A program made the translations under genes and the position numbers. A stretch of 64,000 nucleotides of DNA from an uncultured cyanobacterium (GTDB taxonomy: Bacteria > Cyanobacteriota > Cyanobacteriia > PCC-9006 > JAAUQQ01), in assembly GCA_963718615.1 (NCBI GenBank), contig OY970368.1, positions 4,288,001 through 4,352,000 on the forward strand, given 5' to 3'. The notes under the pieces were generated by a model. That model saw only the letters and a list, made by a program, of their open reading frames with translations, was not told the origin of the DNA and made no database searches. Numbering within the stretch: position 1 is the first letter of the stretch; each line of letters starts with the position of its first letter. This document shows positions 19,000 to 29,800 of the stretch, in pieces.

Positions 19000-20025
19000 A
19001 TGGCACGTTCTGGCTCCCTAAAATACTACATTACGGTGCGCTGCTTACTCGCCCCTTTAATGATTTGGACAGCAACAACGATTGTGTTTCTGCTATTGCG
19101 GGTGATTGGCGGTGATCCGGTGGAGGCTCGGCTCGGTCCCAAAGTTCCCCCGGCTATTAAGGAGCAAATGCGGGAACAAATGGGGCTGACGGGGCCACTT
19201 TGGCAGCAGTATTTGGATTATATTGGCAAGCTTTTTCGGTTTGATTTGGGCACTTCCATGGAAACCCAAGGGCTGAAAGTCAATGACATTATTCAAAGCT
19301 TTTTCCCGGCCACGGTAGAGTTGGCAGTTGTGAGTTTGGCGATCGCCTTTCTCATCGGTCTGGCGATCGGTTCTCTCTCGGCCTCAAAACCCAATAGCGG
19401 CTGGGATTTGTTTGGACGATTGTTTGGCATCATCACCTATGCCATTCCGCCCTTTTGGGCCGGGATGCTCATGCAATTAATCTTTGCGGTGCAGCTCCAG
19501 TGGTTTCCCATTGGCACCCGATTTCCGATTGATTTGGATCCACCAACATCGATTACAGGTCTTTATACCCTCGATAGTTTACTAACCGGCAATCTTCAGC
19601 AATTTGGCGCGGCGGTGTACTATTTGTTTCTGCCCAGTGTGACGCTGGGTTTGTTGCTCAGCGGCATTTTCGAGCGGATTGTTCGGGTCAATTTACGGCA
19701 ATCCCTACAGGCCGACTATGTGGAAGCGGCGCGCGCGCGCGGAATTCGAGAACGTCGCATTCTATTTGTTCATGCCCTCAAAAACGCCATGATTCCGGTG
19801 ATTACGATTCTGGGGCTGACGCTGGCGGCGCTGCTTGGGGGGGCTTTGCTGACCGAGGTGACCTTTTCTTGGCCAGGTTTAGCCCAGCGTTTGTACCAGG
19901 CAATCTCGTCGCGAGACTACACCACGGTTCAGGGCATTATTGTATTTTTCTCGGCGATCGTCGTCATAGCCAGTATTTTAATCGACATCATTAGTGCCTA
20001 CATTGATCCCCGCATTCGCTACTAA
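19000..20025 (+). CDS. Peptide ABC transporter permease (DppB-like)
   Basis: PATVELA, EAA loop YVEAARARG, HALKNA, TEVTFSWPG and IDPRIRY. Confidence 0.9.
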   Translation: MARSGSLKYYITVRCLLAPLMIWTATTIVFLLLRVIGGDPVEARLGPKVPPAIKEQMREQMGLTGPLWQQYLDYIGKLFRFDLGTSMETQGLKVNDIIQSFFPATVELAVVSLAIAFLIGLAIGSLSASKPNSGWDLFGRLFGIITYAIPPFWAGMLMQLIFAVQLQWFPIGTRFPIDLDPPTSITGLYTLDSLLTGNLQQFGAAVYYLFLPSVTLGLLLSGIFERIVRVNLRQSLQADYVEAARARGIRERRILFVHALKNAMIPVITILGLTLAALLGGALLTEVTFSWPGLAQRLYQAISSRDYTTVQGIIVFFSAIVVIASILIDIISAYIDPRIRY

Positions 20026-20319
20026 ACCCCAAAAAAGTCTTTGGACCTTATAAGCTTTGGACCTTACAAAATGAATCCAGTATTTTTACGGAACAAATAA
20101 ATAAAGGTACGTTGAACTCTTGAGGCTGTTGTTTAAAGTTTATGCCGCAGTTTCATCCCGATAAACTTTTCATGGTTACGTAGAATTATCACGCTCCCAA
20201 GCGGCATCTCATTGAACTTCGCTCTAGAAGCGACGGAAAATTAATCCTTTAAAACTCAGCACGAGTCAGGTGCTATCTGCCTTTGTCAACGCAGGACATC
20301 TCAGGCAGGACAGTTAAAT

Positions 20320-23300
20320 ATGGTGTGGACTCATCAACGAACAGCCTCGGTTGCAATGCCATCGGGGCAGAGATTTGTGGCCGCTTTAGCTGCGGACGAT
20401 CTCCAGGGCTCTTCCTTAGAGAGTGCCTCTTCCGGATTGCGAGAAACGGTTGCCATTTTTGACCCGGCGATCGCCGATCTCGAAACCCTATTGGCTGGAA
20501 TTCGGGCCGATCGCGTCGTCATCCTAGACCCGACTCAAAATGGGCTAGATCAAATTACAGCAGCCCTTCAGGGCCTAGAAAATATCGAAAGTTTGCAGAT
20601 TTTTTCCCACGGCAGTGCAGCAGAGCTGTTGCTGGGGCAAGCCCGTTTGTCTGCCGATACGCTTGATCAGTATCGCGATCGCCTCTCTCAATGGCAAAGT
20701 GCCCTAGCGCCCGGTGCCGATTTGCTGCTCTATGGCTGTGATGTGGCAGCAACCGAGATCGGGCGGACCTTTTTGTCGGATCTGAGTCAGATCGTGGGGG
20801 CGGATGTAGCGGCCTCGACGGATTTAACCGGCGATCGCGCCCAGGGTGGAGATTGGGATCTGGAGTTTACCACGGGGGCAATTGAGTCGGCGATCGCCCT
20901 CACGGTCCAAGCCCAAGCCACCTACGCCGATGTGTTGGCGGCGGGGACTCAGTTTAACTTCGGCTCGTTTACGAACGCGACCCCGCTTCAGCGTAACGGC
21001 AATGCCTCCATCAGCGGCAGTCGTCTGCAACTGACTCCGAATCTCTCGGGACAGCGAGGCAGTGCATTTTATAATCAGGCGATCGCCCTAGATCCCAACG
21101 TCTCCTTTAGCAGTCAATTTAGCTTTGACATTGATGGGGGAACCACGGGAGCCGATGGTTTTACCTTTGTGCTGCAAAATACGCTTGCAGGTTCCCGACT
21201 CTTGGGCGGTGCGGGGGGCAGTCTTGGCTATGGGGGCAGTGGCGCAGAGAGTATCGCCATCAAGTTTGATACCTTCCAAAACGGCATTGATCCCAACAGC
21301 AACCATGTGGCGATTCTGCAAAATGGAGATGAGAATCGCTTTCTAGCGGTAAATGCCAATCCAGGGGTGGATCTCAATAGCGGTCAGGTTGTCAATGCCT
21401 GGGTGGACTATAACGGATCGAGCGATCGCCTCCAGCTTTTCCTGTCCAATGGCACCGCTAAGCCCAATAATCCGGTTTTAAATACGACGATTGATTTGTA
21501 TAGAGCCTTGGGCGATCGCGCCTACGTCGGCTTCACTGCCGCAACCGGTTGGGCACGCAACCGTCACACGATTACCCGTTGGCAATTCAACAGTAGCGAC
21601 ACCGGCAGCGGCGGCGGAACACCACCCGGAACAGGAAATGGTCTTCGAGGTGAGTATTTCGACAATATCAACTTCACCAATCCGGTCCTGACGCGAACGG
21701 ATGCCACGGTCAATTTTGATTGGGGCAACGGCTCTCCGGCGAGCAATATTGGTGCAGATACCTTTTCAGTACGCTGGACCGGTCAAGTTGAGCCCCGATA
21801 TAGCGAAACCTATCAGTTCTACACCACCTCCGACGATGGGGTACGACTGTGGGTGAATAACCAACTGGTGATCGACAACTACGTGGATCAAGCACCGACG
21901 GAGCGATCGGGCAGCATTACGCTGCAAGCGGGTCAAAAGTACGATCTGCGGCTGGAATACTACGAAAATGGCGGTGGTGCCGTTTCCCAACTGGCTTGGT
22001 CCAGTGCCAGCACGCCCAAGCAAATCATTCCTACCAGCCAGCTTTACGCGGCCAGTGGCGGGGGCGGCGGGAGCGACCCAACCTACAATGGCAATCGCTA
22101 TCGCCTAACCAATAGCCTCACTTGGGAGGAGGCCCAGGCTGCCGCTCAAGCGGTGGGTGGCAACCTAGTGACCCTCAATGACGCGGCGGAAGAAGCTTGG
22201 CTCAAACAGACGTTTGGCGGAGTCGAACAGTTTTGGATAGGCATCACCGATCGCCAAACCGAAGGCCAGTTCCGCTGGATCAGTGGCGAAGCAGTCACCT
22301 ACACCAATTGGGCACCGGGAGAGCCGAATAACTACAACGGCGACCAGGATTATGGCGTCATCAACTTTGGCTCCACCCGCCAATGGGATGACGAATCTAC
22401 CGGAGCTCGATTCCGAGGCATTATCGAAATTCCCACGACAACGCCACCTCGCAGTACGATCGCCCTGGAACAAAACATCTACAGCGTCAACGAAGCCGGG
22501 GGCGGCGTTGAGATTGGCGTAGTCCGGAGTGGCAATACAACCGGTGCAGCAACGATTATCTACCGAACAGATAATGGGACTGGGGGAACTGGGGCGATCG
22601 CCGATTCAGATTTCACCGCTGCCAACGGAACCCTCAGCTTCGCCCCTGGGGAAACGCGCAAAACCGTGCGCATTCCCATCCTCAATGATGGCCAAACGGA
22701 AGCAAATGAGACCTTTAGCTTTGTGATCGAATCCCCCGGCAATGCAGATTTGGGCACCCAGCGCACCGCCGTGATCACGATTTTGGATGACGACAATCCA
22801 GCCCTGACGGTTAACGATATCCAAGTCAATGAAAACGCCGGTAATGCGGTATTAACCCTAACGCGGGGCAACGGCGTGGGTACGGCAACGGTGCAGTATG
22901 CCACGGTCAATGAAACGGCGGTCGCCGGAAGCGACTACAGCAGCCGCACCGGCACGGTCACCTTTGCGGCGGGACAAACTAGCCAGTCCATCGCCATTCC
23001 CCTCACCAACGACAACAGCGGCGAACCCAACGAAACCTTCCGGGTCAACTTTAGTAATCCTGTCGGTATTACCTTGCCGGATCCCGATGCGAGGGTGACG
23101 ATTCTCGATGATGACCCTGGTAACTTTGTGAAGGAAGCGGTGATTGGGGGATTGAATCAGCCAACGGCGATCGCCTGGACGCCAGACAACGCCCTGCTGT
23201 TTATTCTAGAAAAATCCGGTCTGGTTAAAGTTGCTCAAAATGGCCAGGTGATTGGGACCTTTGCGGATTTACGCGATCAGGTGAATGATGTGCGCGATCG

Positions 23301-24423
23301 CGGTGCCCTGGGACTAGCCATCCATCCCAACTTCTACAACGGTAGTCCTTACATCTACATCTCCTACACCTACGATCCCCCCGAGGCCGATCGCACCAAC
23401 CGCACCGCCAATCCCCTCGACGATGCCGATCAATTTGGCAATCGCCCCTCCCGCGTCGTGCGGCTCACGGCCAATGCCAGCAATGGCTACCGCACAGCGG
23501 TCAATAACAGCGAGTTTGTCCTCATCGGCAAAAACAGCACCTGGGCCAACACCAGCCGTCCTGATAGCAACAGCACGGTCGATTTCTCGATTCCGGAATC
23601 TGGTCGCACCAGCAACGGCGGCTATGTCCAGGACTACATCAAAACCGATAGCGAATCCCACACCATTGGCAGCTTAGCCTTTGGGGCCGATGGCAATCTC
23701 TATGTCTCCGTAGGCGACGGTACATCCTACAACAGCGTCGATCCGCGCACGGCTTCGGTCCTCAATCCCGACAGCCTCTCGGGTAAAATTCTGCGAGTGG
23801 ATCCGATTACCGGCTCTGGTCTCACCGACAACCCATTCTGGGACGGCAACGCCAACAGCAACCGCTCAAAAGTCTGGAACATGGGCCTGCGCAATCCCTT
23901 CCGCACGGTAATGCAACCTGGCACCAGCACACTCTTTATCGGCGATGTGGGCTGGAAATCCTGGGAGGAAATCAATGTTAGCAGCCGAGGGGCCAACTTT
24001 GGCTGGTCTGCCTACGAGGGCGGTACAACCACAGGAACTAGCACTGGCACACCCACCAGCCTGCGGCAGCCTGAGTATGACGCGGCGAACATTCCCGCTA
24101 TCGAAGCATTTTATAACAGCGGCCAAGGAGTAACGGCACCGATTTTTGCCCGCAACCATAGCGAAGGCGCGCAGGCCATCATTGCGGGCGATTTTTACGA
24201 TGGGAACACCTTCCCCAGTGTTTATAACGGTGCTTTGTTTGTATCGGATGTTAACCAAGGAACAGTCGATGCCTTAACTCTCGATGCCAATAATCGAGTC
24301 ACCGGAGTACGACGATTTACGACCGGTGCCCAAGGTGTGGTGCAAATGGTTACCGGAGCCGATGGAAATCTGTATTATGTCAATATTGGAACCGGCGAAA
24401 TCGGGCGCTGGCGTCCGGTGTAA
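20320..24423 (+). CDS. Large multidomain protein: DUF4347, legume-type lectin, PA14, C-type lectin, 2x Calx-beta, PQQ-dependent sugar dehydrogenase (GSDH)-like propeller
   Basis: DUF4347 (SHGS, LLYGCDVA, ASTDLTG, GGDWDLE); lectin GADGFTF; PA14 FSVRWTG/SDDGVRLW; CTL WIGITD/NWAPGEPNN; Calx-beta LSFAPGET; GSDH GKILRVDP/GLRNPFR. Confidence 0.85.
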   Translation: MVWTHQRTASVAMPSGQRFVAALAADDLQGSSLESASSGLRETVAIFDPAIADLETLLAGIRADRVVILDPTQNGLDQITAALQGLENIESLQIFSHGSAAELLLGQARLSADTLDQYRDRLSQWQSALAPGADLLLYGCDVAATEIGRTFLSDLSQIVGADVAASTDLTGDRAQGGDWDLEFTTGAIESAIALTVQAQATYADVLAAGTQFNFGSFTNATPLQRNGNASISGSRLQLTPNLSGQRGSAFYNQAIALDPNVSFSSQFSFDIDGGTTGADGFTFVLQNTLAGSRLLGGAGGSLGYGGSGAESIAIKFDTFQNGIDPNSNHVAILQNGDENRFLAVNANPGVDLNSGQVVNAWVDYNGSSDRLQLFLSNGTAKPNNPVLNTTIDLYRALGDRAYVGFTAATGWARNRHTITRWQFNSSDTGSGGGTPPGTGNGLRGEYFDNINFTNPVLTRTDATVNFDWGNGSPASNIGADTFSVRWTGQVEPRYSETYQFYTTSDDGVRLWVNNQLVIDNYVDQAPTERSGSITLQAGQKYDLRLEYYENGGGAVSQLAWSSASTPKQIIPTSQLYAASGGGGGSDPTYNGNRYRLTNSLTWEEAQAAAQAVGGNLVTLNDAAEEAWLKQTFGGVEQFWIGITDRQTEGQFRWISGEAVTYTNWAPGEPNNYNGDQDYGVINFGSTRQWDDESTGARFRGIIEIPTTTPPRSTIALEQNIYSVNEAGGGVEIGVVRSGNTTGAATIIYRTDNGTGGTGAIADSDFTAANGTLSFAPGETRKTVRIPILNDGQTEANETFSFVIESPGNADLGTQRTAVITILDDDNPALTVNDIQVNENAGNAVLTLTRGNGVGTATVQYATVNETAVAGSDYSSRTGTVTFAAGQTSQSIAIPLTNDNSGEPNETFRVNFSNPVGITLPDPDARVTILDDDPGNFVKEAVIGGLNQPTAIAWTPDNALLFILEKSGLVKVAQNGQVIGTFADLRDQVNDVRDRGALGLAIHPNFYNGSPYIYISYTYDPPEADRTNRTANPLDDADQFGNRPSRVVRLTANASNGYRTAVNNSEFVLIGKNSTWANTSRPDSNSTVDFSIPESGRTSNGGYVQDYIKTDSESHTIGSLAFGADGNLYVSVGDGTSYNSVDPRTASVLNPDSLSGKILRVDPITGSGLTDNPFWDGNANSNRSKVWNMGLRNPFRTVMQPGTSTLFIGDVGWKSWEEINVSSRGANFGWSAYEGGTTTGTSTGTPTSLRQPEYDAANIPAIEAFYNSGQGVTAPIFARNHSEGAQAIIAGDFYDGNTFPSVYNGALFVSDVNQGTVDALTLDANNRVTGVRRFTTGAQGVVQMVTGADGNLYYVNIGTGEIGRWRPV

Positions 24424-24697
24424 CCGGCATAAACAAGGCCTAAATTGAAATTCCGAATTCTTTTTAGGCCAAATACAAACTTGGGAATTATTCCGGATAG
24501 TTTGGAGATTTCGCAAGAAATTAATCGTATATAATCGACAGTTTCCCGGATTTTTTTAGCGCTGCAATCTGACATTCTAAGTTCAGAAAGCGAGAAAGAA
24601 ATCGGGTCGACGCCACGGCGCACCTCACTCTCTCTCAACGTTTTGAGTTCAACTCACTCAACGTCAACTCAGCAAGCAGCTTAATTCATCTAGACCT

Positions 24698-24994
24698 ATG
24701 AACTTCAAGTATTTGATTGGATCTGTCTTGGTTGCCGCTACCGTCGCCTTGGGTAGCATCGACCCCGCTGCGGCATCACTCCCTGGCAAAATTGTTGGTC
24801 AGGATTATGGCTCTCGGGTCACGTTGCGTTCGGGTCCTTCGACCGCCACTCGTTCCTTGGGATATGGACTTGTGGGTCAAGATGTAGAGTTGCTTGACCG
24901 GGTGTATAGTGACGGTGCGTGGTGGGTGCAGGTGAAATTCTATGAATCGGGTGCTGTGGGTTGGATTCACGGCAGCTACATCATGCCCTACTAA
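24698..24994 (+). CDS. Secreted SH3b-domain protein
   Basis: Signal peptide followed by VTLRSGPST...WWVQVKF...GWIHGSY. Confidence 0.8.
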   Translation: MNFKYLIGSVLVAATVALGSIDPAAASLPGKIVGQDYGSRVTLRSGPSTATRSLGYGLVGQDVELLDRVYSDGAWWVQVKFYESGAVGWIHGSYIMPY

Positions 24995-25057
24995 TCCATC
25001 CATCGATTAGTTACTCTTTGCATCAAAGCTATTGTTTGGACTAGATAACGCCTTTTT

Positions 25058-25092
25058 AGGGCTTGGTCATGATTCTGACCAAGCCCTTTTTT
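25058..25092. terminator. Rho-independent terminator between convergent genes
   Basis: 12-bp stem AGGGCTTGGTCA-TGATTC-TGACCAAGCCCT followed by a T run. Confidence 0.75.
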
Positions 25093-25116
25093 GATTCGAT
25101 CAAGCCTTGCTTGAAC

Positions 25117-26070
25117 TTATGCTGCAACTGGTTTCGCCGGTTCTAGTATCCGCGCAATTTCCTGCATAACTTCAACACTTAACTCAACCCCAGATGCTGC
25201 TGCATTGTCCACAAGCTGCTCGGGTCGAGTTGCGCCGACAATCGCGGCGGAAACCCTTTTATCTTGCAAGATCCATGCGAGGGCAAGCTGCGCCATAGAG
25301 AGGTCAAGCTGTGCCGCTAGGGGCTTTAGGTTTTGGACAACGCTTAGGACGCGATCGCTCCGTAACTCCCGCATAAACCCATTCATTTTGTCATTGGCTG
25401 CGCGGGAGTTGGAGGGAGGAACCTCGCCCGGTTTGTATTTGCCGGTGAGTACGCCTTGGGCTAGGGGAGACCAGACGATTTGACTGATGCCGTTGCGATC
25501 GCACAGCGGAAACACTTCCGCCTCAGGCTTTTGCCACAGCATCGAATATTGTGGCTGACTAGAGACAAATTTTTCCATCCCCGGCATTGATAGCGCTCCA
25601 CGAATTTGGTCCGGTGTCCATTCGCTAAAGCCGATGTAGCGGGCTTTTCCCTGACGCACTAAGTCGGTGAGGGCAATGAGGGTGTCTGCCAGGGGCGTGT
25701 CTTGGTCATAGCGGTGGCACTGATACAAATCAACATAATCTGTACGCAGCCGTTTTAAGGAATCATCAATTTGCTTATAAATCTGAGTAGGGGAAAGTCC
25801 TCGATCCGTCGGCGACATGGGAAAGAAGACTTTAGTGGCGAGAATGTAGCTGCTGCGATCGATCCCTTGCAAAACCTCCCCGAGAAACGCTTCAGCCGCA
25901 CCGCGTCCATAGACGTTGGCGGTGTCTATCAAGTTGATACCCAAGTCCAAGGCTTGGTGGATGCAAGTTGCTGCCTGAGCCCGTTCGACGCCACCGCTAT
26001 AGGTTAACCAGGAGCCTAGGGCAATCTCAGAAACCTGGAGGTCACTGCTGCCCAATGGTCGATATTTCAT
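25117..26070 (-). CDS. Aldo/keto reductase
   Basis: LGSSDLQVSEIALG, IDTANVYG, LATKV, DYVDLYQCH, YIGFSEW and WSPLAQGVLTGKY. Confidence 0.93.
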   Translation of the reverse strand: MKYRPLGSSDLQVSEIALGSWLTYSGGVERAQAATCIHQALDLGINLIDTANVYGRGAAEAFLGEVLQGIDRSSYILATKVFFPMSPTDRGLSPTQIYKQIDDSLKRLRTDYVDLYQCHRYDQDTPLADTLIALTDLVRQGKARYIGFSEWTPDQIRGALSMPGMEKFVSSQPQYSMLWQKPEAEVFPLCDRNGISQIVWSPLAQGVLTGKYKPGEVPPSNSRAANDKMNGFMRELRSDRVLSVVQNLKPLAAQLDLSMAQLALAWILQDKRVSAAIVGATRPEQLVDNAAASGVELSVEVMQEIARILEPAKPVAA

Positions 26071-26152
26071 AGTGGAATTACCGTTTTAATCCTAGCGTGG
26101 CGGCTGAATCAAAATCTGTCCTCTTTCTTCGGGGTCAGTTTTTGAACGTTGA

Positions 26153-27853
26153 CTAATTGCCTCCGCTGACTTTTTGCACGGCCACCTCTACCTTGCCATC
26201 CGGTCGTAGCGTCAGGAGTAGCGTCGAGGTTTGGGCATTGGACCCAGCGCTAATAAAAGGCTCACCAATAGCGGGAATCCCAGCCTTATCCGCGTAGAGT
26301 CCTGCCGCTGAGCTCAAGGGCGCGCTTTTGGTCAAGGTCCCATTGGCTCCAACAATGAGTTGATACTGAAGCGGCTGAGCCAAGTTGCTCGGGGGTTGCC
26401 AGCGCGATTCAAAATAGGATTGAACGGCTTTGGCTTGATTATTGGGCGGTAAAGCTGAGACCGCTGCAACGGCGGCGGGAGCGGCAGGGGGCGGGGCGGT
26501 GTTGGCGGTGCTGGAGTTGACCGGCTTAGGCGGGGCTGTCGGTTTGGCCGCCGCTGATGCAGGAGGAGCCCCATCAGCCATGGCTGCTCCATTTGCGGCT
26601 GCCCCATTCGCTGGACTGTTGGCACTCGCGACCGGCTCCTTCTGAGGGATTTCAGCCGATTCAGCCGGCTGTTTCGCCGTAGTGGATTGCCGAGCTTCCA
26701 GTTCTGCTTCTGCTGCCGCTAGCTGTTCCTGAGCGGTTTTGAAGGGACTTTCTGTGCGAGCGGGAACCGAGGAGGAAGATTGTGTGGAGGAAGCCGAGGT
26801 GCCCCCGCTGGATGTTGTCCCAGAAGTATTGGGATTAGTCTGAAGCGAGATATTGGGTGGCGGCGCGACGGGGACTACGGGCGTGACCGGATAGGATTGC
26901 ACCCCGACAGAACCCTCTGGCAGCGGTACCGTTGTCACCCCATTGGAGCCAGACAACGAGTCCCCCGTTGTGCCATTTGCCCCATCCGGCGGCGCAACGC
27001 TGGAATTGGCTGGAGCAGGCCCATTAAAAATTCCGCTGGGGGGTTGATTGACCGGCTGACCGTCAGGACCTAGAGGCACTGTGCCATTGGGATTATTGGG
27101 ATCCTGTTGTTTTAAGAAGGGCTGACCAAACTGCCCATCGGGCAGCTGACCTGACGGATTGGTACTGATTTCGGGAAAAGCACTGATATCCCCGGTGGCG
27201 TTAGGGTCAAGGGCAACTTCGGCGGTGGGTGCGCTGTTGAGAGGGTTATAGATAAAGTAAAGTCCTGTACCCGTGGCACCTAGGGCGATCGCCACACTGG
27301 CAGCCACCCGTCCCCAGGCGGGCATGGCAAAGTCACTGGTCTTGCCACCTGCAAGCGCCGTTAATCCCTCTTTCGGTAGGGACAAGGTCTCTGCCTGCCA
27401 ACGGTCTAGAACCTCTACCAAATCCGCCAATTGAATCGTCGAGAGTTCTAGGGCCTTGGCAACAGCATTACGGGGGCTATAGCGCAGATGGTGGCTCAGG
27501 GCTCCGCTGGGGCCGAGGCTAAAGCGGCTGTCTGAGGGCGCGAGGGGATTCGGGGAAGGGACAAGCTCTGTTGCCAGCCCATTGCCGCCACCGGCAAATT
27601 GCAGGGTGGGCTGCTGCAACTGATTTTGGACATACTGCTCCGTGGTGTGGTGAAGGGTTTCGAGGAGTTTGCGATCGCCCTCCAGCCACAAAATCGGCGC
27701 AGCCCCCAGCTCAAAGTTGAGCAATGACAGCCGAAACTGCTGATTTTTCATCACGGTCCGTCCGGTCCAGCGCGACAGGGGCGATGGCGTTCCCGTGAGT
27801 TCAAGGCTCCAGGAATCGGAGGTGTAGCGATGCTGCACAGGGGTTAGGGTCAT
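26153..27853 (-). CDS. DUF4335-like cyanobacterial membrane protein with Pro/Ser-rich linker
   Basis: N-terminal SPLSRW...LSTIQLADLVEVLD, one TM helix, low-complexity middle and C-terminal YFESRWQPP. Adjacent to a DUF3038 gene. Confidence 0.7.
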   Translation of the reverse strand: MTLTPVQHRYTSDSWSLELTGTPSPLSRWTGRTVMKNQQFRLSLLNFELGAAPILWLEGDRKLLETLHHTTEQYVQNQLQQPTLQFAGGGNGLATELVPSPNPLAPSDSRFSLGPSGALSHHLRYSPRNAVAKALELSTIQLADLVEVLDRWQAETLSLPKEGLTALAGGKTSDFAMPAWGRVAASVAIALGATGTGLYFIYNPLNSAPTAEVALDPNATGDISAFPEISTNPSGQLPDGQFGQPFLKQQDPNNPNGTVPLGPDGQPVNQPPSGIFNGPAPANSSVAPPDGANGTTGDSLSGSNGVTTVPLPEGSVGVQSYPVTPVVPVAPPPNISLQTNPNTSGTTSSGGTSASSTQSSSSVPARTESPFKTAQEQLAAAEAELEARQSTTAKQPAESAEIPQKEPVASANSPANGAAANGAAMADGAPPASAAAKPTAPPKPVNSSTANTAPPPAAPAAVAAVSALPPNNQAKAVQSYFESRWQPPSNLAQPLQYQLIVGANGTLTKSAPLSSAAGLYADKAGIPAIGEPFISAGSNAQTSTLLLTLRPDGKVEVAVQKVSGGN

Positions 27854-27878
27854 GGCCGGGAGAAAAGAAAATTGGGGT

Positions 27879-28466
27879 TTAGGAAGTGGGGGGTGTCGAG
27901 CGGTCCAGCAGGGCTAGCCAGAGGCGGCGGGTGCCGTTGGTGCTGCCGTAGAAGACGAGATCGACCAAAAGCTTGAGTGCCAGTTGGGTGAGGTCGCTGC
28001 TGTTGGAAATTTCGTCAGCCATGCGCTCTTCGTAGAAGTTACAAAACCGATCGAGGTAGTCGCCCACGATGGCAGCCCCATGGGGGGGCCGATTTTGAGC
28101 GGTGAGTTGTTCGAGGCGGTGAACCGCTTCGCGAATGTGGCTACGGTGCTCCTGGGCCAGATGACAGCTCATTTGTACGAGGGCACGGGCCTCTTCGACA
28201 TCGAGCTTTTTGCGCCCGCCAGAACTTTTCCGCAGGGGACTCGATTGTCGCAATCGCCAGAGGCTGACTCGGTCGGAGATAAATTCCTCCAAATTGAGTT
28301 CAGCAGCGGCTTGGAGCATGGCTTCGGAGCCGAGATTGGCGATCGCCTCCAAGGCCAGCAAGACCAAGTCTAAATGGGCCTTGATGCTATCGAGTTGTTC
28401 GGTCTGAGCGGGCAGATCGGGAAGGGTCTGCGAGGATGACACCACGGTCAAGCGGGGAGGGGACAT
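27879..28466 (-). CDS. DUF3038 family protein
   Basis: HLDLVLLALEA, DRVSLWRLRQSSPLR, LDVEEARALV and DLVFYGSTNG. Confidence 0.8.
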   Translation of the reverse strand: MSPPRLTVVSSSQTLPDLPAQTEQLDSIKAHLDLVLLALEAIANLGSEAMLQAAAELNLEEFISDRVSLWRLRQSSPLRKSSGGRKKLDVEEARALVQMSCHLAQEHRSHIREAVHRLEQLTAQNRPPHGAAIVGDYLDRFCNFYEERMADEISNSSDLTQLALKLLVDLVFYGSTNGTRRLWLALLDRSTPPTS

Positions 28467-28654
28467 GTCTTTACCCAGCCTAGCGGAGAGACAGTGAAGA
28501 AGTGGATAAGGTTACGGTTCTGGAAACGAAAGTGCTGGATCCTGAGAGCCGTTTTCGAGCTGTCGTTGATCTCCACCTAGTTTAGAACGTCGGTTCGAAA
28601 ACGTTGGGTTTAAGCCTATCGAAAAAGCGGCAGGCCTGGAGCGATCCCAGGACT

Positions 28655-29548
28655 TCAGTCGATGGCGTCGATCGCTTCAGGTTCAAGAATTTCAGGATTG
28701 GAACCAGGGGTATCGTAATGGATCTCTGGGGGGATAGGGTTGGAGGCAGGGTTCAAGGCTGGTGGCAACGCCGCCGGTAGGGTTGACGTCGGGAACTGTT
28801 CAGCGACTTCCTTGAGGCGATCGGAAAATCCTGAGGGATCTTCAGCGGGGGTAAATTGCCCAATGGGAGGCTGATGCATTTGCAGGGCGCGCTCCCGCAT
28901 CGGGGCTGTCTCTACCGTAATTTCTTGGGGACCCACAATGTGGGGCGCTGAGAGATCGGGTACGGTCTCCGCTGAGGAAGAACCCTGACCGGAACTGGGA
29001 CCGAGGTTCTGAAAAAATTCGGCAGGGGACTGGGAGGGCTGAGGAGGAGCCGAGGCAGAAGCCTGAAGACTGTCAGGGAGAGTGTCGGAGGGCGTAGTCG
29101 TCTCCGCTTCCTCCTCGACGATCGCGGTGACCACAATGGCCGCAGCCTGCAACGCCGATTGCTTGCGGGGGAGAGGCTGTAGGGCTGGGCGCTGGCCACG
29201 GCTGAGTTCTGCGATCGCCTGGGCCTGCTGGGCCGCAAATTCCTGTTGAATGGGAACCGCAATCAGCATTTCAAACTCTCGATTGAAATGACTAATCATT
29301 TTGCTACGACGCAGCCAAAACGCCAGGATCTGCTCCACCGAAACCGGTCGGTAGCGGCCCTGATAGAGCGCCTCAATCACAGCGGCCCGCACCCAATGGG
29401 CTGGACAGCGCTGCAACCATTTATTTAACAGGAGCCTCGCCGAAGCCGGTGCCAGGTCATAGTAATGAACCAATAGCGCCATGGCCGAAGCGATCGCCAT
29501 CTCCTCGCCCGTGATTAGAGCCTGTTCTGCTGGAACTGCCATGAACAA
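28655..29548 (-). CDS. Probable cell division protein Ftn6-like (N-terminal DnaD-like domain)
   Basis: WVRAAVIEALYQGRY...SVEQIL..W matches my recollection of the conserved Ftn6 N-terminal domain. The C-terminus is disordered. Confidence 0.6.
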   Translation of the reverse strand: MFMAVPAEQALITGEEMAIASAMALLVHYYDLAPASARLLLNKWLQRCPAHWVRAAVIEALYQGRYRPVSVEQILAFWLRRSKMISHFNREFEMLIAVPIQQEFAAQQAQAIAELSRGQRPALQPLPRKQSALQAAAIVVTAIVEEEAETTTPSDTLPDSLQASASAPPQPSQSPAEFFQNLGPSSGQGSSSAETVPDLSAPHIVGPQEITVETAPMRERALQMHQPPIGQFTPAEDPSGFSDRLKEVAEQFPTSTLPAALPPALNPASNPIPPEIHYDTPGSNPEILEPEAIDAID

Positions 29549-29800
29549 ACCCCCGCTTGAACCCCGTCATCTCTATTTTGTATCTACTTCTAGTATTACC
29601 GAAGAACCCTGAGGACTCACGCGCCAAATCAAGGAAGACTCCAAGGGACATCTTCGGAAAATCTTCATACTGACGGGAGGGTGACTAAATTTAATACAAA
29701 CTCATCTTTAATACAAACTGATCGATTTGCACAGGGCTTTCGCAACTTAAAATAGGCTGGGCTTTTTGTTTAGCCTTGTCACCCCTCGATTTCTCTTGCC

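Noticed and set aside
17248-20025. Peptide ABC genes lacking the second permease and ATPases
   Set aside because: Dispersed ABC components are normal in cyanobacteria.
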